A stretch of 64,000 nt of DNA. Origin: Candidatus Hydrogenedentota bacterium (GTDB lineage: Bacteria > Hydrogenedentota > Hydrogenedentia > Hydrogenedentales > JAEUWI01). Made by a program: the position numbers and the translations under genes. The stretch is from assembly GCA_034669905.1 (NCBI GenBank), contig JAXMOL010000013.1, forward strand, positions 64,001 to 128,000. The letters are read 5' to 3'. A model generated the notes under the pieces. It saw only the letters and a program-made list of their open reading frames with translations, searched no databases and was not told the DNA's origin. Below, in pieces: positions 20,139 through 29,538 of the stretch (the stretch's first letter is position 1; the number at the start of each line of letters is the position of its first letter).

Positions 20139-21494
20139 CTACTGGTCCTTTGCCAATTCGTGGACCGTGTTCATAATCGTTTCTTCGACGGAGGTCGTCA
20201 GGGGACCATGGACACCGTAGTAAAGCATGGCACCGCCGCCTTCATATCCGCCCTCTTTGAGTACGCGAAGGGAGGGGATGTAGGCGGGACAGCCGTTGGT
20301 GTAGCCCATGACGAATTGCTTCTCTTTGGGGTAGTGGTGCTTGATGAGGAGACTGTAGTCCACCGTGACCTCGCCACTCAGGGCCGTCAACTGCACGTCT
20401 TCGCCAAACTTCCATACCTGAACGGCCTGTGGGAGGGTGGTCGGAAGCTTTCCTTCCGTCTCGTATTGCCGTTTCATCTTCTTGGCGCGTCGCACGACAT
20501 ACTTGTTGTCGCTCTCAAGCTGCTTTTCGACTTCTTCCCTGGTGGGGGCTTCCGTCAGGGCGAGGGGGACGACTTTGTAGCGGCCGGTAATCGGGCCGCT
20601 CACGGGCGTCATGGTGCCATTGATCACGGCGGCCACGGCGTCTCCCAATTCCTTGCCATACTTCTCGGCCAGCTCAATCTTGCGGCGGGGCAGGGGATTC
20701 TGGTCGCCGCCACAGCCCTGGGCGAAAAGGGCCGTCGCGCCGGGGAAGGCCTTTTCGATTTCTATCTGGGCAAAGCCCGCATAGTCACCGTTAAACTGTT
20801 GGAGGTCCGTGACCGTGTTGTGGCAGGCATAGCCGAAGAGAATACCGCGAATCTTTCCGTCGGCGTCTTTGGCCACCAGCGTCGGTACGTCGTTGTCCAC
20901 CGGCCCGATCGGGTTGTAATCGTTACTTACGCCACCGGCCGTGTACTTGCGCCGGTTCTTACCGAAGGTGGCTTCCCCGATACCCCAGCTGAGCGAGCCG
21001 GGCTGGAGGTCGGCGACGGCCTCATCGATGACCTGTTCGAGGAGTCCGCTCAGGTGCTTCGTGTAGGCTGCGGCGCGCTCTTGCTCGATGCCTTCGAGGC
21101 CATAGGTGATATGGAGGCCGTCATTGTCGACCACGGGGCTACAGTGGGTGTGGGAGGCGTTGAAGAGAATATTGGCCCGGGGGATGCCGTGTTTAGCTTC
21201 CACCGCCTGGGCGATGGGCTCGGTGACATTCATGTAGAAGCCGATGAGATCCGCCGTCACGATGACAAACGTGGCGCCCGTTTCGTCTTCCACCGCCAGG
21301 GCTTTGGCCCAGATGTCGTGGAGCGCACTTTCGCCCGCCTCCGTGCGCGAAGCGTAGCCCGCCAGCCAAACAGGGCTCTGTGGGGTGATGACCACCCGTC
21401 CGATTCCGATTTTCATGGCTTCTGCAGTTCCCATGGGGATCAGGAGTGCGCCGAGGAGCGCGATCAGGATACCCGATTTGATTCGATTTAACAC
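20139..21494 (-). CDS. Secreted neutral ceramidase-fold amidohydrolase, paralogue 3 (divergent subfamily)
   Basis: Signal peptide; WLAGY, ASHTHCSP, NRR, GYACHNT, QGCGGDQNP, SGEVT, GGYE. Confidence 0.82.
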   Translation of the reverse strand: MLNRIKSGILIALLGALLIPMGTAEAMKIGIGRVVITPQSPVWLAGYASRTEAGESALHDIWAKALAVEDETGATFVIVTADLIGFYMNVTEPIAQAVEAKHGIPRANILFNASHTHCSPVVDNDGLHITYGLEGIEQERAAAYTKHLSGLLEQVIDEAVADLQPGSLSWGIGEATFGKNRRKYTAGGVSNDYNPIGPVDNDVPTLVAKDADGKIRGILFGYACHNTVTDLQQFNGDYAGFAQIEIEKAFPGATALFAQGCGGDQNPLPRRKIELAEKYGKELGDAVAAVINGTMTPVSGPITGRYKVVPLALTEAPTREEVEKQLESDNKYVVRRAKKMKRQYETEGKLPTTLPQAVQVWKFGEDVQLTALSGEVTVDYSLLIKHHYPKEKQFVMGYTNGCPAYIPSLRVLKEGGYEGGGAMLYYGVHGPLTTSVEETIMNTVHELAKDQ

Positions 21495-21749
21495 GTTGGA
21501 ATTCCTCCATTCAATTTAAGTGCGCCTGAATGTACAAAAATCAGTAGCGCAAAACGTTAAGGGAAGATGGTACACCATGGTGAAGGGGATGTCACGTTCG
21601 GATGCTACGCGCCCCATGGGTTCAGCGGCTCTTGAGAAGCCTTCTACGGCGCGTCGTGGACGTGGCACGGAGCGAACATCTAGAACAGATCTCCAAAAGG
21701 AGACACGCGGCTGAGGCATGGTTGTACTTCAGGTCGCTGGACACCACGT

Positions 21750-21772
21750 GTCAGCCGGGACGGCCAACCCAC
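21750..21772. repeat. REP family C copy
   Basis: GTCAGCCGGGACGGCCAACCCAC, one mismatch to 23629-23651. Confidence 0.75.
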
Positions 21773-21788
21773 TGGAAGCACAGGACGT

Positions 21789-23207
21789 TCAGCGTGTGGC
21801 GACATCCTTCAAGAGCTCCAGTATCGTCTCCTGGATGATAGTGGCGGCCTTTACTTCCAGGTAGGTCGATTTGGAGTTCCAGGTTTCGTAGCCGCCGAGG
21901 GCATGCTGCCGTTCGGTGGGGAGGTAGCCGTTGTAGCCATTGGCAAGCTCCATGGTAAAGGTCTGCTTGAAGGGCGATTGGGCTTTGATGGCGAGGCCCA
22001 TCTCGGCGAAGACTTCACAGGGGATGGCGGCGATACCCAGATCGCCAATCTTCAGGGATTGGAGAATCAGGTCGACGCGGTCGGGGTAGGTCGTCAGGTC
22101 CACCGTGCAATTGGCCATGACTTCGGTCAGTCCCTTCAGGGGGCGCTTCTCCGCCTTTGCTTTGGCGAGTAGACTGCGGGCGCGTTCCACTTCCTCGGGC
22201 GAAGGTTTCCGCACGCCCAGATCGATCTCGGTCTGCACCGCGCCAAGGGGCACCCAGTCGTGAAAGGTGAGGTCGCCGTAAGCGCGGTAGACTTCGGCGG
22301 CTACCTTGTTGGCCACGATGTTAATTTGTTCGAAGGGTGCCTGCTTCTTTCGCGGTTCCCGGAAGTTGATGTTGTTGATGTCGCCGCTGGTGCCGTTCGA
22401 CATGGTGGCCACGAAGCCCGTGTCTTTTGCGCCGAGGAGTTCGGCGATACGATTGGCGAAGACCGCGAAGTAATCGGCCGATACGCCTTTGACACCGCCC
22501 ACGTAGTGGAGGGAGTAGTTCGCCAGCAGGGCGAGGGGGGTGCCGTCCCGGGTTTCCAAGGCGAGAAAAGCCACTTCGGGGTCCGTGGGGCCGGCGGGCT
22601 CGATGAGATCTTCACTGGCGCGCGGTGGATTCATCTTGACCTTGTCGGTGGTACCGCCGAAGGGATTGGGCGGGATGGTGCCTTCCTTCATGTACCAGCG
22701 CCGATTGTGGACTTCATCGGGTACGGACCCGGAACCCCAACCGATACGGGCCGGTACTCGTTTTTTCCAGGCCAGCGTGATGGCATCGCCGATGCGCCGG
22801 CTCACGAACTCGGTGTAGTCCGGGTTGGGCGGGGACTGCTTGATATAAGAGCACGACGCCCCCGAGTGGGTGTGGGTGGCCGCCACGAGCATGTTTTCGG
22901 TAGGAATGCCCGTGGCCGCGCTGGCCCGCGCCTTGCCCGGGTCCATGACGGAGCGGTGCACCACGCAGCTATCCACCGTGGCGATGGCGAGGGTGTTGGT
23001 CCCGTCGTCCAGTACGATGGCGCGCACGTGGAGTTCATCGCTGATGAAGTTCACCGTGCGGTTGGACCAGCCGCCGGGCATGTTAACGCCATACCAGGGT
23101 GTGATATTGCTGGTCGCGGCACCCGCTTTGAAGACCTTTGCGGTGTCTTGCGCGAAGGCGAGGGGCGCGCTAAGAAGTAGGAGTGTCAATGAAATTCGGT
23201 AAAGCAT
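21789..23207 (-). CDS. Secreted neutral ceramidase-fold amidohydrolase, paralogue 4
   Basis: Start reassigned to ATG 23207 (MLYRISLTLLLLSAPLAFAQ signal peptide); ATHTHSGA, NRR, NYSLHY, PCEVF, GYNGYLP. Confidence 0.82.
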   Translation of the reverse strand: MLYRISLTLLLLSAPLAFAQDTAKVFKAGAATSNITPWYGVNMPGGWSNRTVNFISDELHVRAIVLDDGTNTLAIATVDSCVVHRSVMDPGKARASAATGIPTENMLVAATHTHSGASCSYIKQSPPNPDYTEFVSRRIGDAITLAWKKRVPARIGWGSGSVPDEVHNRRWYMKEGTIPPNPFGGTTDKVKMNPPRASEDLIEPAGPTDPEVAFLALETRDGTPLALLANYSLHYVGGVKGVSADYFAVFANRIAELLGAKDTGFVATMSNGTSGDINNINFREPRKKQAPFEQINIVANKVAAEVYRAYGDLTFHDWVPLGAVQTEIDLGVRKPSPEEVERARSLLAKAKAEKRPLKGLTEVMANCTVDLTTYPDRVDLILQSLKIGDLGIAAIPCEVFAEMGLAIKAQSPFKQTFTMELANGYNGYLPTERQHALGGYETWNSKSTYLEVKAATIIQETILELLKDVATR

Positions 23208-23442
23208 GAACGTTTTCCTCAAGAAAGTGCCCGGGAGAATGAATTCTCCACGCGATTTCCCACGAGCGCGGTGATAGTTGGGAGCGCGGGTTGGTGAGTG
23301 ACTGTGACAAGGGGCTCGCCTGAAGGCGTTTCCGTTTGTGGAGGTGCCCCCGTCGCCGCGCTTCACCTTATTTGTTCCAATCAATTGCCCCGTCAGGTGT
23401 GCTCTACTAAGGATAAGTCAATCGGTGGGCAGGGCGCAAACC

Positions 23443-23651
23443 GTGGGTTAGCCGTCCCGGCTGACACGTCACGTTGGAACGATATCCAGATGACTATCGC
23501 CACCATGTGGGGCGGTGTGGCTATCCGGAGGGAAAATCCACGAGGGGATACAGGGGGTATTGTTCTGTTGGTTGCATTCAGGAAACGTGGCTGGGGTGGC
23601 TTGAAATTCATGTCTTTCATCACGGCCCGTCAGCCGGGACGGCTAACCCAC
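23443..23651. repeat. REPIN-like pair, family C
   Basis: GTGGGTTAGCCGTCCCGGCTGAC and its perfect inverted copy GTCAGCCGGGACGGCTAACCCAC. Confidence 0.8.
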
Positions 23652-23687
23652 TGGATCAGCCGTCCCGGTTGGATAGGTGTTGCACCG

Positions 23688-26600
23688 CTATGGCGCGATG
23701 GTGACGTTGGATGTGGCCGTGCGCCCGTTGATGTCGATGGCATACATGCATTCGGCGTTGGCACCCGGTTGTTGGAAGGTACCCGCCGTGACCGTGCGTA
23801 CGGCGTAGTAGTAACGGTGGGTACCCCCTTGAAGGTGGTCGAAGGCGGCGATGAGCCGGTCATCCCGCACGTCGATGTAACTCGGCTGTACGCCATCCGT
23901 CTTCTTCCACGGCCCGAGGGTGTCCCCGGAGAGACGGGGATTCTCGATGTCGAGTCCACCCGGCAGCAGGTCCACAAGCACTACGTTTTTCATGTCTTCG
24001 GCACAGGTGATCTCCACGGACACGAGATAGGTTTTTCCGTGTTCCAGGGCTGCAGGGTCGACAGGTCCACCGGGCGCTTCGAATCGACGGCTCAGTTGGA
24101 TGCCGTTCGACGCGGCGTCCACGTCGGGATTGACGAGGATGCCCGCCCAACTCAGGTTCACGTAGAGGGGCGTCGGGCCTTCGTTGGAGACGGTGTAGCG
24201 GGTGCCCGCCCCCTTGTGGGCGGCCTTAAACTGGAAGTCTCCGGTGCGTGTTTCTACGCCATCCGGCGTGGCAATGGTCGCCTTGGCCTGGCTGACATCC
24301 CCCAGGTTTTTCTGGAGGTATTCGGACAGCGCCGTGATGACGAAGGCGGCTTCCTGGGTGGAGTAGGGGTGATTCTCCAGATACCGGATGAGCTTTTCCG
24401 CCTGGGGCTGGGTAATGGTGTCGTCCGCGCCCAAGGCCATTTGGGTCATGAGGGTAATGGCATCATTGCGCACCGTGGAGTTGAGGGTATCTCCTTGTTC
24501 CCGCATGTCGTAGGGTTTACTCGGATGGGTGAGCAGATAGGCGATACCTTTTTCCGGGGCTTTGGTGAACTGTAACTGGGCCAGCAAGAGCCACTGGCGG
24601 GCCGTCGTGCTGATCTCCAGGGTATCCAGGCGGGTGATGTCGGCCATGACCTCGGGGTCCTGGGCGAGTGCCCGCACATAACAGGCGTAGGCATAGTTAT
24701 AGAGGGACACATGCCGCTCGTCGGGATCGAGGGTGATGCGATCGCGCAGATAGGTCATGAGCCGGGCATGGGCCTCTTCGGGCACCTTGAAGGCCGGGTC
24801 TCCCTTGGCCAGGGTGAGGAAGTGGGCGGCGTAGATACTGCCGTAGGGATAGGGCTCCTGGGCTCCGGGCCAATAGCCAATGCCGCCGCTGCGGGTCTGC
24901 ATGGAAAAGAGGCGATCAATACCCGACTGGATAAACTGGCGGAAGTACTGGGCGTCCCATTCGCTGCCCGCATAGCGGGCCGATTGACCCATCAGGAAGA
25001 GGGGCATGCACCGGGACGTCGTCTGTTCGAGACATCCGTGGGGGTATCCAATGACATAGTCGAGGGCCTTCTGAAGGCGGGCCAGGGGGTTGGCACTGAT
25101 CAGGAGGGTGCCCTCCAGACGTGCGTTGTCCTTGAACTCCGAATTGACGAAGTCCCGCTGTTCACCGGACGGGATAACCACCAGTTCACTCCGCACCTGG
25201 TAAATGGAGGGGGCCTGAATTTTCAGGGGCGTATCCGTCTCAAAGGCATCAACCACCGCGCCCTGGGCATCCGTGCTTTCCAATTTCCAGTGGATGGTGC
25301 CCGAGCCGGGGAATTCGCCTGCCCCCAGGGGGATGGGGACCACGACTTCGTCGCCTGCCGGGATGTCCCAACTGGCGGTGAAGGCGTCGGCGACTACGGG
25401 TTCGGTGGTAGAGACCGAAAGGGTGCTCTTCAGGGGGGCGTCCGTCTTGTTTTGCAAGAGGGCCGTCGCCTGGAACGTGTCCCCCGGTGTGGCGAAGCGC
25501 GGCAGGGTCGTCTGGAGGACGACGGGACGTCGGATCACCATGTTGGCCCCCGTGCTGCCCGCTTCCGTGCCGGTGGTGGCCACGGCGACGAGGCGCACCT
25601 TACCCGCAAACTCGGGCAGCGCCATCTCGATGGTGGCCACACCCGTGGCGTCGGTCTCGACCACGCCGGACCACAGTGCGAGGGGCTTGATCCAGTTGTC
25701 ATCCACGTTGGAATCATCTTCACCCAGGCGCTTTTTGAGCAGGGCACCACCGCCGATGGGTTTGCCGGTAAAGTCATAGGCGACCTGATCGTAATAGTGG
25801 GCCCGCCGGTAGAGGGGCCGTCGTGGACGTTGAAACCAGGCCACGGGGTCGGGCGTTTCGTATTGGAGGATTTGGTGGATGCCTTCATCCACGAGGGCGA
25901 GGGTCAATTCCGCCGCGACGGGGGTGCCGTCCGGGTTGGCCACCTGCACCGTCACGGGAATCGTGGCGGCGGGGCGGGTCACCTTGGGAAGATCCGGCAG
26001 GGTGACCGTCAGGGCCTTGGTGGGGTCGTGCACGGGGAGGTTGACCATGGCGAAGCTCGCGTAGGGATAGGTCAACGTGGTGCCGGGTTCCACCGGGTGG
26101 ATGACCGTGGTCTCCAGCCAGACATTGGGATAATGGCCCCCTTCGAGGGGCAGGCTGAGCGTGCCCACACCGTTGGTGATGGGGACCGTGATGAGCTTCT
26201 CCAGGGACTTGTGTTGGACCACTACGATGGCGTCGCCGTCGAAGGGCGAGGTGATCTGTACCGTCGCGGTGTCGCCGATGGTGTAGGCCTTCTTGTCCGG
26301 TGTCAACGTAATAAGAGAAGGGCGGCTGGCATCGGCCAGGCGCGCCTGCCCCCGGTAAGACCAGAAGGATTGGGTGGCATACTGGGAACTGTTCTCCCGA
26401 TGGACCTTGACGCGGTAGGTGCCATAGCCTTCCGGTACGGGGACCGTTACGGTACCCACGCCGCCGCTCAGGGGGACCGTGTGGGTGCTGATGATGACAA
26501 AGTTGTCGTTCCAATTGGCTTCATTGTGGCTCGAATAGCGACGAACATAGTAGCGCCATTGCTTTTTCTCGAGCGTAACCTGGACTTTTTCCAGGGAGGC

Positions 26601-29336
26601 GGGCTGTCCATTGGCCCCCGTCGCAACGACGGAAACATCGACGCTGTTGCTGCCCGTGCCCGGCGCCACGGCAAGGCCCACCACCGCATCGGTGGGGAAG
26701 AGGGTGACCTGGCTGCGCGCCGAGACACTCCGCCCGCCGGATTCGAAGACTTCTCCCCGTACCGTGGCGGCTACGGGAAAACTGAGCTCCTTTGGTGGGT
26801 ACCATTTGAAGGAAAAGGTCGCGTCCCCGGTCTCGTTGGTTTTGGATTCGCCCAACTCCCGGACATCGGTATTGAAGGCTTCTTCATTGGTGAAGGTGTA
26901 GTCCGGCCATTGCTCCGGCTTCCACGCGCCCTTCTCGATAATAACGAGGGCACTGCTCTTACGATCCCGCGCCGGGCCCCCGGAAAGATGGTCGCCATGG
27001 ACCGTAATGGCATGTTCCTCGCCCGGGAGCCAGTAAGGTGACGCCGTCTTTACTTCGGCGGCCAGCCGGTTGGGGACGAAGTCTTCCAGATGAATGGTCT
27101 GGGTGGTGAGAGGGGTGGGTGCGCCCGGAACCCAGAGCTCCACGCGATAGGCCCCGGTGAGCCAGTCCCGTTTCGTCTCCACGTCGCGGGTGCCGCTACC
27201 CCAGTTGGAAAGGGTTTCGGTGAAGGTCCGCTTGCCCCCTTTTTCATCATAGAGGCGCAAAGAGAGGGGGGCGGCCGTCAGGGGGCTGCCATCTGCCTGC
27301 CGCACGAGCCAGCGAAGGTGCATGGTTTCGCCGGGGCGATAGAGATTCCGGTCGGCATAGAAAAAGGCATCGTAGCCGTCCGGGTCATAGGAAGGCATGC
27401 CATAGTTGAAGGCCACCGGGTCTTCACCCCGCTCGTTGAGGGGCAGGAAGGTGAAGTCGTCGGCGGTTTCCACGATGGCGACCCGGGGATCGCCCAATTC
27501 CTTGTCCCAGTTATCCAATCGTGCGACGCCCTGCGCGTCCGTGGTCACTTCGCCCATCACCTGATGTTTGAAGGAGTAAATGGTGACCTTCGCGTCCACG
27601 AGGGGACTCAGGTCCCAGAGGTTGTGGGCATAGAGGAGGAGGGCGTCATCCTGCCAGTGGGCCAGGACGCCGATATCGGTCCACACGAGAATCTTTGTGT
27701 TGTAGTAGTCATAGGCAGGCGAGAGGGCGATGCCAAAGATGCCCTTCCGGTCCTCCGGCATAAAACCCGCCAGGGGGATAGCCGCCTCCAGGCGCTCGTT
27801 TTCTTCCCCGGTAAAAGTGATGGTGTGTTCGCCCAGTTTCTGGGCAAATTCATGGCCAAACTGACCGGGGGAACGGCCGCCTTCCATCTGCTGCAGGGCC
27901 TTCACCAGGTTGGAGGGGTAGAGCTCATAGAGGGTGGCTTCGGCTTTCTTCAGATTGCGGCCATAGACCGGCAAGGGCCCGGCGGTGCGTCGGGGGAAGT
28001 AGTAGGGAGATTCGAAGGCGAAGCCGACCCCACTGCGTTTCGGTGCCTTGCCGGGATTCCAGGCCAGGGCTTGATCGATGCGCAGGGTGTTGGCCCGGTC
28101 CGTGAGGCCTTCGGAAACCATGAGTCGGTAACCGGTACCGCTCTTCCAGTCGGCGTGGAGGTCCACACTACCATGGGGGCCATTCTGGTAGCTCAGGTTT
28201 TGCGGCTCGGGAGAAATGGTGACATGTTTCGCCAGTTCCTCAGGTTCGACCGATCCATTGAAAAACAGCTGGAGGCGGAGGGGCTCGGCACCTTCGGAAT
28301 CCCAATTATGGTATTCGATGCGGAGTTTTTCGTGGGCCAGAAAAATGCGGCCTTCCGCAGCTTCCTGCTTGTAGATTGCGGGGAGACTCGGCAGGTTTCC
28401 CGAGAAGGTATAACGCAGGGTCGTGTAATCCTCGGTGGGCCGTTCAAACTGGTAACGCAGCTCGTTTTGATTTTCCGAGCGCTGGGGCGTGAGGGCCAAG
28501 GGGGTGGTGCTATCGTCCCCATAGACCGCAAAACTATGGAGAAAATCGGCGGGCGTGCGGGCATGGGGGATTTGGACCCGGATAGAATCTTCTTTCGCCG
28601 TCTGATGGTGCCAGGTCACGGCGTTCACGGTGAAAGGACTCACGGGAGGAAGGACCCGGGTGAGCGGCCGTTCCAACTGGAGGGCACCGGTGGAATCGCT
28701 GAACCCGTTGGAAATGTGGAGGGTGTAAGGTGCCGTTTCGACGGTTGCGACCGCCAGGCGATGGAGGCTCGCGTTGACGGTGCGTAAGCTGGAGTAGGGG
28801 ATTTCCGTTCCCGCACTGTCGGTAATCCGCACGTGCTGTACGACCTGTTCCCACGGGACCGACGTGGAAAACACCACGTCGAGTTGGGTGGTGTTAAGGC
28901 CGATATCCGCGTACTTGAACTCCTCCACCGTAAGGGCGAAATCGGTGAAAAGGAGGAGTGAGGGCGCGGCCACCGCGGCGTTTCCGTTGGCTCCGACGAG
29001 GGCGGGGAGCAGGGTCGCGCGGAATAGCTGCTTGGCTGCCTTTCGCCCGGGTTCCAGCGTGAGGGCAACATGCCGTTCCCCCTGCGTCCAGGTGCCAGCC
29101 AGCGGCGGGTCAAAGGCGACCAGCGTCGCGGGATCATTCACGGGTGCCAGGGGCTGGTCGAAGTAGAAGACGATTTGGTCTGAAAAGGCCGTCTCGGGCA
29201 ACGGGTAGGTGCCCACCAGTTGCGGAGCCCCCGACGTTTCGGCCGACTCCTGAGCGACCGCAGCCGAAGGGAGGCCGACGGGCATCCACAGAAGAAGGAG
29301 GACCATGAGGAGGGGGTAGCGTTGGGGGTGATTCAT
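23688..29336 (-). CDS. Bacterial alpha-2-macroglobulin (YfhM-like)
   Basis: DRNLYRPGE (MG2), LALVDEGI, LW...LPEFAG, LPRFATPGD, thioester YPHGCLEQTTS, DLLPGGL, RDDR, ECMY; signal peptide from ATG 29336. Confidence 0.93.
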   Translation of the reverse strand: MNHPQRYPLLMVLLLLWMPVGLPSAAVAQESAETSGAPQLVGTYPLPETAFSDQIVFYFDQPLAPVNDPATLVAFDPPLAGTWTQGERHVALTLEPGRKAAKQLFRATLLPALVGANGNAAVAAPSLLLFTDFALTVEEFKYADIGLNTTQLDVVFSTSVPWEQVVQHVRITDSAGTEIPYSSLRTVNASLHRLAVATVETAPYTLHISNGFSDSTGALQLERPLTRVLPPVSPFTVNAVTWHHQTAKEDSIRVQIPHARTPADFLHSFAVYGDDSTTPLALTPQRSENQNELRYQFERPTEDYTTLRYTFSGNLPSLPAIYKQEAAEGRIFLAHEKLRIEYHNWDSEGAEPLRLQLFFNGSVEPEELAKHVTISPEPQNLSYQNGPHGSVDLHADWKSGTGYRLMVSEGLTDRANTLRIDQALAWNPGKAPKRSGVGFAFESPYYFPRRTAGPLPVYGRNLKKAEATLYELYPSNLVKALQQMEGGRSPGQFGHEFAQKLGEHTITFTGEENERLEAAIPLAGFMPEDRKGIFGIALSPAYDYYNTKILVWTDIGVLAHWQDDALLLYAHNLWDLSPLVDAKVTIYSFKHQVMGEVTTDAQGVARLDNWDKELGDPRVAIVETADDFTFLPLNERGEDPVAFNYGMPSYDPDGYDAFFYADRNLYRPGETMHLRWLVRQADGSPLTAAPLSLRLYDEKGGKRTFTETLSNWGSGTRDVETKRDWLTGAYRVELWVPGAPTPLTTQTIHLEDFVPNRLAAEVKTASPYWLPGEEHAITVHGDHLSGGPARDRKSSALVIIEKGAWKPEQWPDYTFTNEEAFNTDVRELGESKTNETGDATFSFKWYPPKELSFPVAATVRGEVFESGGRSVSARSQVTLFPTDAVVGLAVAPGTGSNSVDVSVVATGANGQPASLEKVQVTLEKKQWRYYVRRYSSHNEANWNDNFVIISTHTVPLSGGVGTVTVPVPEGYGTYRVKVHRENSSQYATQSFWSYRGQARLADASRPSLITLTPDKKAYTIGDTATVQITSPFDGDAIVVVQHKSLEKLITVPITNGVGTLSLPLEGGHYPNVWLETTVIHPVEPGTTLTYPYASFAMVNLPVHDPTKALTVTLPDLPKVTRPAATIPVTVQVANPDGTPVAAELTLALVDEGIHQILQYETPDPVAWFQRPRRPLYRRAHYYDQVAYDFTGKPIGGGALLKKRLGEDDSNVDDNWIKPLALWSGVVETDATGVATIEMALPEFAGKVRLVAVATTGTEAGSTGANMVIRRPVVLQTTLPRFATPGDTFQATALLQNKTDAPLKSTLSVSTTEPVVADAFTASWDIPAGDEVVVPIPLGAGEFPGSGTIHWKLESTDAQGAVVDAFETDTPLKIQAPSIYQVRSELVVIPSGEQRDFVNSEFKDNARLEGTLLISANPLARLQKALDYVIGYPHGCLEQTTSRCMPLFLMGQSARYAGSEWDAQYFRQFIQSGIDRLFSMQTRSGGIGYWPGAQEPYPYGSIYAAHFLTLAKGDPAFKVPEEAHARLMTYLRDRITLDPDERHVSLYNYAYACYVRALAQDPEVMADITRLDTLEISTTARQWLLLAQLQFTKAPEKGIAYLLTHPSKPYDMREQGDTLNSTVRNDAITLMTQMALGADDTITQPQAEKLIRYLENHPYSTQEAAFVITALSEYLQKNLGDVSQAKATIATPDGVETRTGDFQFKAAHKGAGTRYTVSNEGPTPLYVNLSWAGILVNPDVDAASNGIQLSRRFEAPGGPVDPAALEHGKTYLVSVEITCAEDMKNVVLVDLLPGGLDIENPRLSGDTLGPWKKTDGVQPSYIDVRDDRLIAAFDHLQGGTHRYYYAVRTVTAGTFQQPGANAECMYAIDINGRTATSNVTIAP

Positions 29337-29481
29337 GGTAAGTCGGGCTCCTGCGCCGCCGCAGCGGGGTGGGTTGAAACACGTAGAATCATTAAAACAT
29401 AGGGGGCGGGGTAAGGGGAAAATTTCTTGCTGCCCGCTACCCCACTTAATACGCCGCATCACACAAAGGTTTCGCAACACG

Positions 29482-29514
29482 AAAAAACGCCCCCGGAGTG
29501 ACTCCGGGGGCGTT
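29482..29514 (-). terminator. Rho-independent terminator of htrA
   Basis: Minus strand reads AACGCCCCCGGAG-TCA-CTCCGGGGGCGTTTTTT, 25 nt after the stop codon. Confidence 0.85.
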
Positions 29515-29538
29515 ACTATATACCGCTGAGCGGGGGAC

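Noticed and set aside
20160..21491. 443-aa plus-strand ORF (and similar ones at 18594, 55303, 60174)
   Set aside because: Antisense shadows of well-supported genes.
16757..23207. Diversity-generating retroelement among the paralogues
   Set aside because: No reverse transcriptase and no adenine-specific template/variable repeat pair; differences look like ordinary divergence.
24711..28787. 776-aa and 565-aa plus-strand ORFs
   Set aside because: Antisense shadows of the alpha-2-macroglobulin gene.
29337..29480. Longer N-terminus of alpha-2-macroglobulin in the ORF track
   Set aside because: It abuts the htrA terminator and precedes the signal peptide; ATG 29336 is preferred.
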